Shown piece by piece: positions 11,383 to 23,889 of a DNA stretch of 64,000 nucleotides. Positions within the stretch are counted from its first letter, which is position 1. Every line of letters starts with the position of its first letter. Location: positions 87,795 through 151,794 of the forward strand of contig PS015202.1 in the NCBI GenBank assembly GCA_048213135.1. Direction: 5' to 3'. The translations under genes were made by a program, and so were the position numbers. Below the pieces are notes generated by a model that saw only the letters and a program-made list of their open reading frames with translations, did no database searches and was not told the DNA's origin. Source of the DNA: Reclinomonas americana ATCC 50394 (Eukaryota).

Positions 11383-14300
11383 ACACTTGGACTTGCCGGA
11401 CGACTGTTGGAGACGAGTGTTTGAGTTCACCGATCTCGGTGAGTGCATCGCATGCATGTGCACCTCCCGCATATTCGCTCAATCACTCCCCGCTCACAGG
11501 CGAAGTGCTGCGTCTGCGACGCGTGAATTCGCGGTCAGTCAGCAGAGTACCTCCACCTCCACCCTCTTCCTTCACTGACAGACGGTGAGCGATGCCTGCA
11601 CAGGTGGAAGCACATCGTGTTCCTCTCCGAGTTTGTCCGTGTGCCACTGCCGCTGCGCTCACGCGTGCAGTATCCGCCTGGGCGACTCATGAGGTTCGTT
11701 TCTGCGCGCATCTGCTCTCCCATGGTGTGGCTCCTGACTGGGGAGTGGAGCAGATTGATGTTGGCCACCTTGCAGAGATTCCGTGCACTCCGAGTGCTGT
11801 CGCTGGGACTGGATCGCCGCTACCTGGCATCCTCCTCCTCTTCGACTGGCGCTGCCCCTTCTGCTGCTGCTGCTGCTGCTGGTGGTGGATCCAGTTCGTC
11901 GCCTTTACCATCACCGTCTCCGTCTCCGTCGGCCCGTGTCGATCATGCCAGCAGTGTGTTTGTGGACGAGTTTCAGGCGGTGAGCGTGTGGAGTGACGCA
12001 CACACGCGCCAATCGAGTTGTGTCTCACCTGCAAGCGCAGTCTGACTGGCGTCAAGAACCGCGGCAAGAGCGCCGGAGGGGCAACTCTACACAGTCATCG
12101 TCGTCGTCGGTGGCGTCGTCGGCATCGACGCAGCACGTGTACCGCGACGAGGTGTGCATGAGTGACGCACAGATGGAGGAACTCTTCGCCGCCATGGTGC
12201 ACCTCGAGAAGCTGCAGCTGTGTGGTATCGGTGGCCTTCGATCATTCCGCTTGCCACCACCACTGGCACGCACGCTGCGCCACGCCTCGTTTATGGTAAG
12301 TCGAGTGTACACGTACGAGAAGCATCGTACTGACCATGCGGCAACAGAACTGCTCGGATCTGACACTGAGCATGTCGACAAGTGCGCCGGCGGCTGCCGC
12401 ATCCGCGGCAGACGACACGGCGGCCGTGCGTCGCTTCCCATCGGATCCAGACGCGCCCCCCGTACCTCTATCGATGTGCGCCTTTCTTCAGGCCGCCGTG
12501 CGGCTCGTTTCTCTCAACATTGAGAGTTGTCGGTAAGCGATGCCGATGGCACTTCGTCTCTCTCTTCCTCCGCACACACTCTGAATCCCATGCAGCAATC
12601 TGGACGTGTCCAGCGTGGCCGAGGCTGTGTCATGCCACCTCTCGGTTCTCCGTACTCTCTCCATACACGCCAGTGGTCGAGAGGCGTCCTCTCGTCTCGT
12701 CTTCTCCTCATCATCACTCAAATCGCTGCGCATCTCCAACTGTGCCGTGCTGGCGCTGGCACTGCAGACACCGGCGCTGGAGCATTTGCAGCTGTTTGAC
12801 ATGCACGAATTGGACGAGGACGCGCTGTGTGCCACGTTGCTCGATCTGCAGCGTGGAGTACACCCGCACGACGGCACCGCCACCACCAACGTGTCGGTGT
12901 TGATTCGTCGTTCGCCGGTGCGAATGGTGACGGTGCCGGCGGGCTCGCGCGTGCACTCACTCTCACTGCGCGACATGCCCGTGTTGGATACTGGTGAGAC
13001 AGGGAGAAGGCAGAGGAGAGATGGAGGGTACGCTCTCGTGATTCGTCCTCACACTCGCACGCACACACACACAGTGGTGCTGGTGGAACCGTCGTCACTG
13101 AGTGTTCTCGAATGCATTCGCCTGCCCGAGCTGCACGTGGTAACGGCGCAGGTGCCGATCGACGATGTGCCGAGGTTGACCGATGCGCCGCCCGTCAATC
13201 AGTCGCTCCGTGAGCTGTGTCTGGAGCAGTGCCCGGCTCTCGACGCGCGCGCTGTCGAGACGATTCTTGGAGGTGCAGAAGAACGATCAACATCGTGTGA
13301 TACTTTTGTGTTCTCACTCGGCTCGCTCAGTATTCTCCCAACTGCACCACTTGACGCTCGGTGTGCAGCCACACGGCGCACTGGTCAAGAATGGCCGTTT
13401 GCGTTTTACGTCGCCATCGCTTCGGCATGTCTCGTTCCGAGTGAGTATCATCATCTCGAGCTCGCTGTCGTCGACTGTTCCTGAAGGCGTTTCACAGGAC
13501 TGCACGGTGGGCTCCACGATGTTGGCCACGTCGGGTCTCGCAGCGGCCTCGACATTGAGTACATTGGACCTACAGAGCGTCACGTGGCAATCAGGTACTT
13601 GTTGAAACGCGCACTCACACATTTTTCATTGTCAGGAAGCCAGCTGACATGGTGCTATAATCAGGGCTCAAGTCGCCGTCGCTGCACCGCTTGCTGGCCA
13701 CGCATTCGGTGCTGGTGTCGCCGTGGGATGCACCGGCCTTTGGAGAAGTGGCTGTTGTGTCGCTGCGTGCGCTCGCACTGGCAAACTGCGAGGTGTCGGT
13801 GCCACTACTGCTGTCCGTGTTGCAGAGCTGGTGCGTACGTCCATCCGTCCCTTCTCCTTTCCCGACACCGAGACCAACGTCCTCTTTCTTTCGCGCATGC
13901 GCACAGCGAGCGATCACTACAGACGCTGGATTTGCGGCACACGTACGCTACACCAGCGCCGTCGCCGACCACCTCGGCAGCCGCCAACGCGGCGGCCTCC
14001 GGTGCAGGCAAGTCCCCGCACGTGTCCAAGCTGGCAGAGGAGATGGGTGTGCGGCCATCCCTCTACGCCGCCGGTTTCTACCCGGCCGAGAGCGATGATG
14101 ATGACAGTGGTGACGATGACGACGACGACGAGGAGGAGGAGGCAGGGAACAGAACGACGAGGGTGAAATCGGCGAGTGCTGAATCCGCAGCGTGGTCGTT
14201 GGAGCGGCTAACTGCACTTCGTAGTCTGTGGTTGGCCGGTTCCGGTGGCGGCAGTGCTTCATTGTCCTCCTCCTCCTCCTCCACCACCACCACCACCACC

Positions 14301-14627
14301 GCTTCGGCGGCAGCATCGGCAGGGGGCGGCAGTGGAGGAGGCGCGCGTACTCAATCGCCCAAGATTGTCAGCAGTGGAGGCGCTGGCGCGCAGTCGCCGT
14401 TCGTGCATGTTTTGCTGTGTGATCGACGACTGGCGATCACCCCACTACTGGCCTCCCGCTGTCGCAGCGGTGCAGCTGTATTGACGGTGAATGTCGAATC
14501 AGGGTCCACTGGCACGTTTGCGGCAGACGCACTGCGCGCCACTGTCACCAGTGGAAATGTGTGTGTGGTGACGGTGCCGCCGCTGGCGCAATCGATACCG
14601 ATTCCGCGAATGAAATCTCCACGGTAG
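11383..14627 (+). CDS. F-box/LRR protein (start codon upstream, unresolved)
   Basis: F-box-like LDLPDDCWRRVFEFTDLGECIACMCTSR. LRR segments LRVLSLG, LEKLQLCG, LRTLSIH, LKSLRISNC, LRELCLEQCP, LQTLDLRHT and LRSLWLAG. Confidence 0.65.
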
Positions 14628-14685
14628 TCATGTGATGTTACAACAATGACGTAAAAAAGTACATTACAGTTCGTCGCCACGCGCA

Positions 14686-17600
14686 TCACCTCAACGATCC
14701 TTCGTCATCGAGGCCTGCGCCGGCTTCCACACGCGAGAAAAGATTGTACAGTTCAAAATGCTTGCGATGCGACGCAATCTCGAGCGGTCTCTGCACCAGG
14801 TCGGTGCCACCCGCCGGGTGCTTGACGCGTTGTGCGATGGCCAGCGATGCGCCGGCTCGAATCAGAGCGCGAACGGCTTTGATCTTGCCCTCGGATGCAG
14901 CGAGACAGAGCGCAGTGGTGTGCGTGTCACCTATAACGTGGTCAGGCGACGGAGACTCTTTCAAGATTCTGCATCCACACTCACCAATCCACCACAGCTG
15001 GTTCACGTCCACAAAACGGTGCGCGGCCAACACCGGTATGCATTTCGGTCGATCGAGCTTGGCGGCGACAAACAGTGGCTGTACAGAGAGATGAGCAAAG
15101 GGGTCCACACTTTGCAGCATACACGGGGAGGGTGCGACACACCGGCAAGTTGCCGTGATCTGGACAAGTGGCGGTGGGATCCGCGTGCAACTCATTGATG
15201 AGGTAGTCCACAACGTCGTCGTTGTCGAGCTCCACCGATTTGGAGAGCGGCTGTGAGAAAAACGGTCAGCTCACTGCCTGCTCGTCAAAATTCCGCGCCA
15301 ATCCTCACCGTCCCCTGATTGCACATGAAGCACGGCAGGTTGACGTGCACACCACACCACCGCACCAAGTACTCCATCACACGCAGCTGGCCCCATCGCA
15401 CCGCACGACCCATCGCCGTGTCCTTGGTGGCATCGCACGTCAACTGCACATCGGCTCCTGCTCGAATCAGTGCCGTCACCGCCTGTTTGACACTCGCAGA
15501 TGTCAGCACTCTACGCAAGGAATGTGCACCATGCGAATAACCACAACTTCCAAGTTGCCGTTCTTGGCCGCCGCGTGAATCGGCTGTTGGCTGACTGGTA
15601 AGCAAATGCTTCTCTAGATCTTCAAGTGTCACATCACTCTCACCGCATTGCCGTTCTCCGACTGCAGATTCGGGTTCGCGCCGTGATCCAGCAGGGCCTG
15701 CAACAGATCGACTTGATTGCGCACAGCTGCCACATACAGTGCCTGTGTGTGGGGGCTCAAATGAGGTGACACCAAACAAACGAGCAAAAACAAGCACACG
15801 ACGACGGACCGTTGAACCCGTGGCGATGCGATACTGCGATGGACCGTCGGCCGGCCACTGCATGTCGACGTCGACACCGAAGCGGAGCAGCAGGTGCAGC
15901 AGTGGGAGAACAAGTTGCTGTTGCTGCAGCAGCGGCACCTTGAGAATGATCGGATTGCGCTTGTCGTTGACATGCGCGCCATTGGTACAGAAGAGATCCA
16001 CAAGTGCAAGATCAATGTGCTGCCGATCCACGTACGCCTGCAACAGCGGTGGATGACCTGCGTTGAGGTCGGCGCCCAGTCGCACCAGCAGAGCCACCAC
16101 TTCCACGTCCGGGTACTCGTGAGTATTCATGTAGGCATTCAATACCTGCGAGAGGCATTGGTCGGCACACGTTTTTTCTGGGGGGGGGGGGGGAAGGGAG
16201 CACTCCACTAAATGATATACCTCAAAGCCATCGGCATTCATGTCGGTGCCACGAAGAGCAATGGTCCGCACGACATGCAAGTCGACCTCGGTGCCGCACA
16301 CATACTGATGCAGAACCTGAGCGTGCGGGCGTGTGAGTTTCTCTCTGTGAGAGGAAGCGTAGGAGAAAGCAGTGCGCAACGTGCAAGTGGCTCAGTTGTG
16401 GGGTCTCCACTCCTGCGCCAATGAGTGCCATCAGAATCGACATGTCCTCACGCTCCAGCGGTGTGGTGATGTACGACTCGTTGGCAACACCCTCCCATCG
16501 GTCACCAGACACACGTTCCTCTGCAGCGGAGAGTGCCCGTAAGCGGCAATGAGCACGTACGACTTTTGACGATGATACATGCGCGCACGCAGACCCCACG
16601 GAATGCCGGCACTCGGATTGGCGCCGGCTTTAAGCAGAAACTCGACCGTCTCCAAGTGGCTCTTTGCAATCGCCAGTGCCCTGCAGGAAATGTGCGGTGA
16701 GAACAAGGAGTGGCACAACAGGCACGGCGCGGACGCAACAGCGGGGTGATGAGGCGACGGCGCGGAAACACACTCGTCGACGAAGGGGAAAAGTCGGAAA
16801 TGTACTGTATCTGGAACTGATCGATGCGAACACCAGCCCTGCACCGGAGAGCGCACACAATTAGCCTTCTCCTTTTGTTCTGCAAGCATCACCATCTGCA
16901 CACGAAACATGACAAGCACTGGTAGTACGCTCATCCATCGCGACGGCTCCATGGTCAGCATGACCTCGTGGAGGTAGTTTCGCTTGTCCTCTGCGCAGCG
17001 GCAAGCACATTCAACTAACTCTCCACAGCCGTGTGACAGACAGCACTAATCCCTACCGTACAAGAACGAGCGTGTGCTCTTCGAGTGCAGCACGGCGCGC
17101 AAGTAATCCATGTGACCGTTTTCCACCAACCACATACTGCTCGCCACGTGAGTGAGGCACACCAAAAAGTGAGACGAGCACACGGGGTACGCAACACGTC
17201 GAGAGGATTCGTCGTGGCATCGTACTCCTCTGCCAGCTGCTGGCTCAACTCGAGATCGTTGTACTCGAACATGGCCACGGACATGAAGTTGTGCGGTACT
17301 GCGTAGATGCATGAGGAGATGGTGAGCACCGGCATTGGCATTACTTCTCGCACATGGAGACGCACATGAGGTGTTGGGGCAGGTTGCAGGTCGTCGTGTG
17401 AACGGATGATCGATTCCCAGTCCAGTCCACTCGGCCACCGCACTATACACAATGGCATCATGCCGCGGAGCCGCCAGGCTGTGGAGAAACGAATCGTGAG
17501 GTCGAGACGATCAGCATCGTGGTGAAAGCCACGGCACAGCACGCAACTTGTACATTCGACTGCGCTCTGCTGTGAACTCCAGGTCAACACCCTGCCTCTC

Positions 17601-19037
17601 GACCAGCAAGTACTGAACCACCTCCGCCGCCGCCATGTCCACCACCAAGTCTGGCGACACGAGTGGTTCCACGAAACCATCTGCATACGGAAGAAGGACT
17701 GGCAGTCAGCGAGATAAACAAAGTGGTCTTGCAACAAAAGGCAAGACGCACGCATGTCGCCGGCTTGCGTTGCGTGCTTGATGATGGCACGCGCAGCCGC
17801 CACACCCAGTCCATCGTGCACCACATTGGTCTGTTCAGGGCAGAGAGAGAGACAGATCAGCCCCGAGAGAGGAACAACACAGCTGATGATGGCACGCAAC
17901 CATGGCCAGGCGCGCCAGGATCCGAACGGCGCGGTCACATGTGTCGTGCAGGTAGGCGGCCAGCGCCGACTTGGTGGCCGACGGCAAGTGGATCGGCGCG
18001 CTCTGTCGGCACAGTTGCTCGAACGCAGGCGGGACAGAACGCACAGTGCCAGGAGGTTCTGCATCCGCACACACAACATGAGCGACGTTGATCCACTGCC
18101 AACTTTCCAGACTCTCTCTCGGCAAACCTCCAGTGAGACGCTCCCACATGAGATCAAACAGAGTGGGAATCAGGGTGGAGTTCATGTAGTTGGCACGGTC
18201 GTGCGGGAAGCTTATGAACTGCGCACACACGGATGAGAGACAGCAACAGCGACAGGGCTGCGATCAGTCCAAACAAACACACACCGTCTGCCAAAAGTCG
18301 TCAAAGTGTCGCCCCGTGTACCGCAACACCGCCGCCGTGTGCTTCTCCAGCTCGCTCCCATGCGGCACAATCACCACTTCCGTCACTGGCGGCTGCACCA
18401 CCAGCGGCACCGCTCGCCTCGACGAAGCCGGCACCGACGATCGCGCACTGGCCGATCCCGAGTTCGCACCCGGCCCACCGCCCGCCACAGTAACAGGCGC
18501 CGACATGGACGCCACCACCGTCGACGGCAGCAGCACAGAGAATCGCGCACTGCCGAGATCCTCCAGCTGCTGTGGCACGGTGTCTCCACCTTGCACAGTC
18601 ATTGTCGACGCCGTGTCGTCTGTGAACCCTTCTTCGTCCTCAAGAGGAAGCGCAGGCTGCTGCTCCAGTAGCGACAGAGGAATGCGCGGCACGGGTACTG
18701 CAGGTGCGGCGGCATGCACCGATGTCAAGGCCGCAGTCGATGAGTTGAGATCGTCGTACACTGCTGCTGCTGCTGCTGCTCCTGTGACTGTTGCTGTGGC
18801 CACCTGCTCATCGTCTTCTACATCATCGACGACACTGTGTGGTGGTTCATCGGCGCCCACCACTGCCACATCGCTGCGCATGCGCTCCGTAGGCGGAGGT
18901 GGTGGACGGTGATTGGTCGACTGTGAGGCCAGTGAGTGTGCGGAGGCGTGCGAGGAGACGGGTGGCAGTGGTGGTGGAGAGAGTGGAGAGTGCATAGCGC
19001 TGTGTGAACGCCTCGCAGAGGAGCCTCCCGAACCCAT
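14686..19037 (-). CDS. Large ankyrin-repeat protein with possible N-myristoylation start (MGSGGS); may be one gene or two
   Basis: Ankyrin repeats TALCLAASEGKIKAVRALIRAGAS, DTAMGRAVRWGQLRVMEYLVRWCG, HLETVEFLLKAGANP and VVALLVRLGADLNAG lie in 14.7-16.9 kb. Upstream exons to 19037 are on the same strand with GT-AG joins. Confidence 0.6.
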
Positions 19038-19056
19038 GTCGCAGCGACTCTTGAGT

Positions 19057-20167
19057 CTAAAAATCTGATATCGATGGTTGGTTGTTGAGGACAAGCGACG
19101 TTTGTGTTCTTTTGTTGTTGTTGTTGTTGTTTACACGTGTTACAAAAAGGCAGTGGTTGTGGAGGACTGAAGCTTCCGCCTGGTTTTTTCTCTTTTCTGT
19201 GCGCTCATCGGGCTTCGGCGATCGAGCTGTGCCGGCTGTGTCTGCTGGTGGCAAAGTGAGCGAGGGAAGGAAGTGATGCATGGTGTGACGATGGCATACC
19301 TGGCGCCGGCAGAGGAAGGGCGACCGGAGGGAGAGCGCGTGCTGCCGCCCGGGGAGGAGGCAAGCAGCTGGGCGGCGGTGACAACGGTTCCCGAGTTGGA
19401 TCTCGAGTGCCTGCGAGGCGAGTGCGTGGGAGGCGAGTGAGTCCATGAGAGATCGAAGAAACCGAGGGATACGATCCACTGACCCGCCGCGTGAGGGTGC
19501 CGGTGCGGGTGTTGGTGAGGCAGGCGCTGCGGAGCCATTCGAATGCTGGGTGGGAGTGGCGCGCGGAACCACTGGCTCACTAATGTCGCCGGTCACGCGT
19601 CGCCGGTGACCGCTGGCCGCACTGGCTGAGGCCGGTCGCTTGACGGCCTCGCTCTTTGGTGACGTCTGCAGCACGAACCGACTTTGTCAGGAAAAAATCC
19701 ACACAGCCGGGCGACATTTCCTCCACAAACCTCGTTCATCAACAAGACGGCCGAGGGTCGCACAAAAATGCCATAGTCCATGGGAGCGGCAAAGTACTTG
19801 ACTCCCATCACTGCACCGTCGTTCTTGCCGACTGCCGCACGTCTCCGTCGGTGAGTGGCGAAGGAGAATGCAAAAAAAGCGTGCAAAAACATGACGCAAC
19901 ATGGTTGATCGAGTTCCACGCCGATCCACACACCCGGTGCGAACTGCACGTCGCCATTGTAGCGCACAGTGCCAGCGTGCTGTCGGCCCGTGGCCTTGAC
20001 ACGCGTGCCCACTGGCAGTGATGCAGCGCGAGAACTCTCATCCGCCTGTGACACGGTGAGTGACTCTTCTTCTGCCTTCCCCAATCCTTTCCCTCACACG
20101 CACCTCGGTGTAGTGCAGCTCCGTCAGTGGAGCCGCGGCGGCGGCAGTGGCGGTGGGCGATGGGCGC
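19057..20167 (-). CDS. CAP-Gly domain protein 1 (C-terminal part; 5' part in or beyond the gap)
   Basis: VGTRVKATGRQHAGTVRYNGDVQFAPGVWIGVELDQP|FGKNDGAVMGVKYFAAPMDYGIFVRP, with the GKNDG motif. Intron donor at 19900. Confidence 0.75.
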
Positions 20168-20873
20168 NNNNNNNNNNNNNNNNNNNNNNNNNNNNNNNNN
20201 NNNNNNNNNNNNNNNNNNNNNNNNNNNNNNNNNNNNNNNNNNNNNNNNNNNNNNNNNNNNNNNNNNNNNNNNNNNNNNNNNNNNNNNNNNNNNNNNNNNN
20301 NNNNNNNNNNNNNNNNNNNNNNNNNNNNNNNNNNNNNNNNNNNNNNNNNNNNNNNNNNNNNNNNNNNNNNNNNNNNNNNNNNNNNNNNNNNNNNNNNNNN
20401 NNNNNNNNNNNNNNNNNNNNNNNNNNNNNNNNNNNNNNNNNNNNNNNNNNNNNNNNNNNNNNNNNNNNNNNNNNNNNNNNNNNNNNNNNNNNNNNNNNNN
20501 NNNNNNNNNNNNNNNNNNNNNNNNNNNNNNNNNNNNNNNNNNNNNNNNNNNNNNNNNNNNNNNNNNNNNNNNNNNNNNNNNNNNNNNNNNNNNNNNNNNN
20601 NNNNNNNNNNNNNNNNNNNNNNNNNNNNNNNNNNNNNNNNNNNNNNNNNNNNNNNNNNNNNNNNNNNNNNNNNNNNNNNNNNNNNNNNNNNNNNNNNNNN
20701 NNNNNNNNNNNNNNNNNNNNNNNNNNNNNNNNNNNNNNNNNNNNNNNNNNNNNNNNNNNNNNNNNNNNNNNNNNNNNNNNNNNNNNNNNNNNNNNNNNNN
20801 NNNNNNNNNNNNNNNNNNNNNNNNNNNNNNNNNNNNNNNNNNNNNNNNNNNNNNNNNNNNNNNNNNNNNNNNN

Positions 20874-21680
20874 AGGGGGGAGGGGGAGGCGGAGGCGGAG
20901 AAGAAGAAGAAGAAGAAGAAGAAGAAGGAATGGAGAAGGAGAAGAAGAAGAAGAAGAAGAAGAAAGAAAGAGCAGGAGGAGGAAGAGGAGCAGAAGGAGG
21001 AGGAAGAAGAACCTGCACGAAGACGAAAGAGCTAGAGGAAAAACAAGAAGGAGAAGTAGAACAATAAGGAAGAGATGGAGGAGGAGAAGGAGATGGAGAA
21101 GGAGAAGCAGAGGACGAGAGGGGAGGGGGAGGAGGAGGAGAAGAAGAAGAAGAAGAAGAACAAGGACACGGAGGAGAAGAAGGCGCATGGAGGAAATGTA
21201 TTCGACGACGAAAGAGCCAGAAGAGGAGAAACAAGAACAAGGCAAAGAAGAGAAGCACGCGAAGGAGGAGGAGGACGAGGACGAGGAAGAGGAGGAGGAG
21301 GAGGAGAAGAAGAAGAAGAAGAAGAAGAAGAAGAAGAAGAAAGAGCAGGAGGAGGAGGAGGACGAGGAAGAGGAGGAGGAGAAGAAGAAGATGAAGGATG
21401 AGAGATGCATTCGACGACGAAAGAGCCAGAGGAGAAACAAGAACAAGGCAAAGAAGAGAGGCACGCAAAGGAGGAGGAGCAGAGCAAGAACTCAGAGGAG
21501 GAGGAGGAGGAGAAAAGAAGAAGAAGAAGAAAGAGCAGGAGGAGGAGGAGCAGAAGAAGAAGAGGGATGAGAGATGCATTCGACGACGAAAGAGCCAGGG
21601 GAGAAACAAGAACAAGGCAACGAAGAGAAGCACGCAAAGGAGGAGGAGCAGAGCAAGAACTCAGAGGAGGATGAGGAGAC
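20874..21680. repeat. Polypurine low-complexity array with about 4 degenerate copies of a ~170-210 bp unit
   Basis: The core 'attcgacgacgaaagagccag..gagaaacaagaacaaggcaa.gaagag..gcacgc.aaggaggaggag' recurs near 21200, 21410 and 21580, and degenerately near 21015, between (GAA)n/(GAG)n runs. Confidence 0.9.
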
Positions 21681-21709
21681 CAAAAATGATCGCATGATGC
21701 ATGCACGCT

Positions 21710-22230
21710 TGATCGATAAAGCCTCATTTCGACCGATGCGGATTACCTCTCGCTCCAATCTAAAGTTCTCCACCTCCAGCCGATTGATGCGCTGCGCCTG
21801 GAACGCCATCTCCTCGCGCACCGCCGGCGGCACCGACGAGTCGTCAATCGAGGCCGCCTGAGAGCCTCCCAAACGTCGCAGCTCGGCCAGCTCTGCGCCC
21901 GGGTTGATGTGATGCCGCTCAATCAGCTCCCACAAGTGATCGGTCTCCTCGCGCAGACGAGAGTTGTGCGCGAGGAGCTCATAGTTCTGCGTGTGAGTAT
22001 GTGTGAGGAAAAACCGCACTCTGTGTGTGTGTGTGCGTGTGTGGTTACCTCGGCGAGCACCGACTCTAGTCGTTGTGTGTTGCGGGGAGAGGGTGAGGGC
22101 GATGTCATGACGGAGAGGAGAGAAGAGAGTGAGTGAGAGGCGCCAAGCGGAAATTTCACCAGGAATGGCTTTCTTTGGCGTGAGACCATCGGAGGTCGCA
22201 AGTGCTCGCCGTGTAGACATGCATGTGATA
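21710..22230 (-). CDS. Coiled-coil exons, probably the N-terminal part of CAP-Gly protein 1
   Basis: QRLESVLAE|NYELLAHNSRLREETDHLWELIE...RINRLEVENFRLEREV, heptad-rich. Its link to 19057-20167 across the repeat and gap is inferred. Confidence 0.45.
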
Positions 22231-22901
22231 CTACGTGCGTAGTTGCGATGGAGCTCGAGGAACGTCGAATTCCACATCTCGCTGCGAACTGCGCATGCAC
22301 AGCTGATCATGATCGATATATATCAGGATCGCGCTGCGACATCGCGATCGATATACTGTCATGCCTGCGAAGTTTCAAAGGCAACCTTGATGCACCAAAG
22401 TGCGACTTATGAGAGATCCTAGATATCGACGACGTTGATTGTCCACATTATTGATTGTGACAGACTCAAAGGTGAAGAGAGAAATGCATGTCGGCCTCCG
22501 TTACACACTGCCACTTCTTCCTTGTTGTTCATCATCGTGCCACACTCTCCTCTCCTCCATCCTCCCACCTCTCCATCTGACTTGGCGTGTTGTGTGTTCG
22601 CGCCATCACCGAAAGACACACACACACACACAAAAGACACACACCACCCACTCGTACTCTCTCTCTCCCCTGATGCACTCGCTCACCACTGTGCTCGTCT
22701 GTGTGCAGCACCGGCGTGGCGCGATCATCAAGAAGGGGGCGCACACGGGCAAGGCGGGCGCGCGCATTTTCGTTTTTCTAGCGACGCACGCACGCACGCG
22801 CGAGGGAGAGCGGCACGCACACTCACTCACACACATCGGCTCTCATCGCACCCTCTCTCTGTCTCTGAGACGCACACCACTGCGATCACGACACTGGCGT
22901 C

Positions 22902-23838
22902 ATGACGACAGAGGTGGAGGAGTTGAGATCCGAGGTATGTGTGTAAGGAGGAGAGAGAGCGCGCGCGCCGTTGAGACATCAAATCTGCTCAATCACTCAC
23001 TTCATGTGCGCCTCTCTCTCATCTCAAGAATGCGCTGCTGCGATCGGAGAACAAGGAGCTGCGACTGGAGCTGGAGCAGCTAAAGGGGCGGTATGCGTGG
23101 GCAGAAGGCGAAGCGCAGACGCTGTTGGATGAGGAGCGCGCCAACTCGGCCGCGCTGCATCACAAACTGCAGCAACTGGAGACCTCGCTGCAGGAGGAGC
23201 GCAAGCGCAATCGTGAGCTGTTCAGGGAGACGGAGAAGTTGAGAAAGACGATGGCTGAGTCGGCGGCGGCGGCAGCGGCGGCGGCGGCGGCGGCTGCTGC
23301 TGCTGCTCCACCTCCTCCTCAAGCACCGCCACCTCCTCCTTCTCAAGCAGCGCAGGGACCAGTGTCGATCTCGCAGCCTGTGTCGGTGCCGGCACTCAAC
23401 TCGCCGCGCACGCTGGCGAATGGCTCGTCTCCTGCGCGGCGGCCGGGACCGCAGCAGGGTTCGGCGGCGGCGGCGGCCTCAGTCATCCCCACGATTCAGT
23501 CGTCGTCTTCAGTGTCGTCGTTGGATTCGCCGGGAAGGACGCGTGGCGCGGCCGGCACGTCGGCGTTTGCGGTGCCCACTGGATCAGTGGCGACGAACGC
23601 CACTGTGATTGCGTATCAGCGCAAGCCTGCCGTTGGCTACATTGGCGCCAACACGCAGGCCACGCTGCCGTCCAGACAGATCGTCACCACGGCGCTCAAC
23701 AAATCCTCCCTGTCGTCGCAACAGCAAGCGTCGTCGCCGGGCCAGCAGTCGCTGTCCAAGCGGCCGGCGCCCACCAGCAGCGGCAATACCTCACAACAAC
23801 AGCAGCAGCAGCAGCAACTGCTTTTGCAGCAGCAACAA

Positions 23839-23889
<51 letters not shown>

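Noticed and set aside
20874-21700. E/K/R-rich and L/F/S-rich ORFs in several frames; possible CRISPR-like array
   Set aside because: Polypurine low complexity lacks stop codons by composition. The units are long and degenerate with no unique spacers, there are no cas genes, and the context is eukaryotic.
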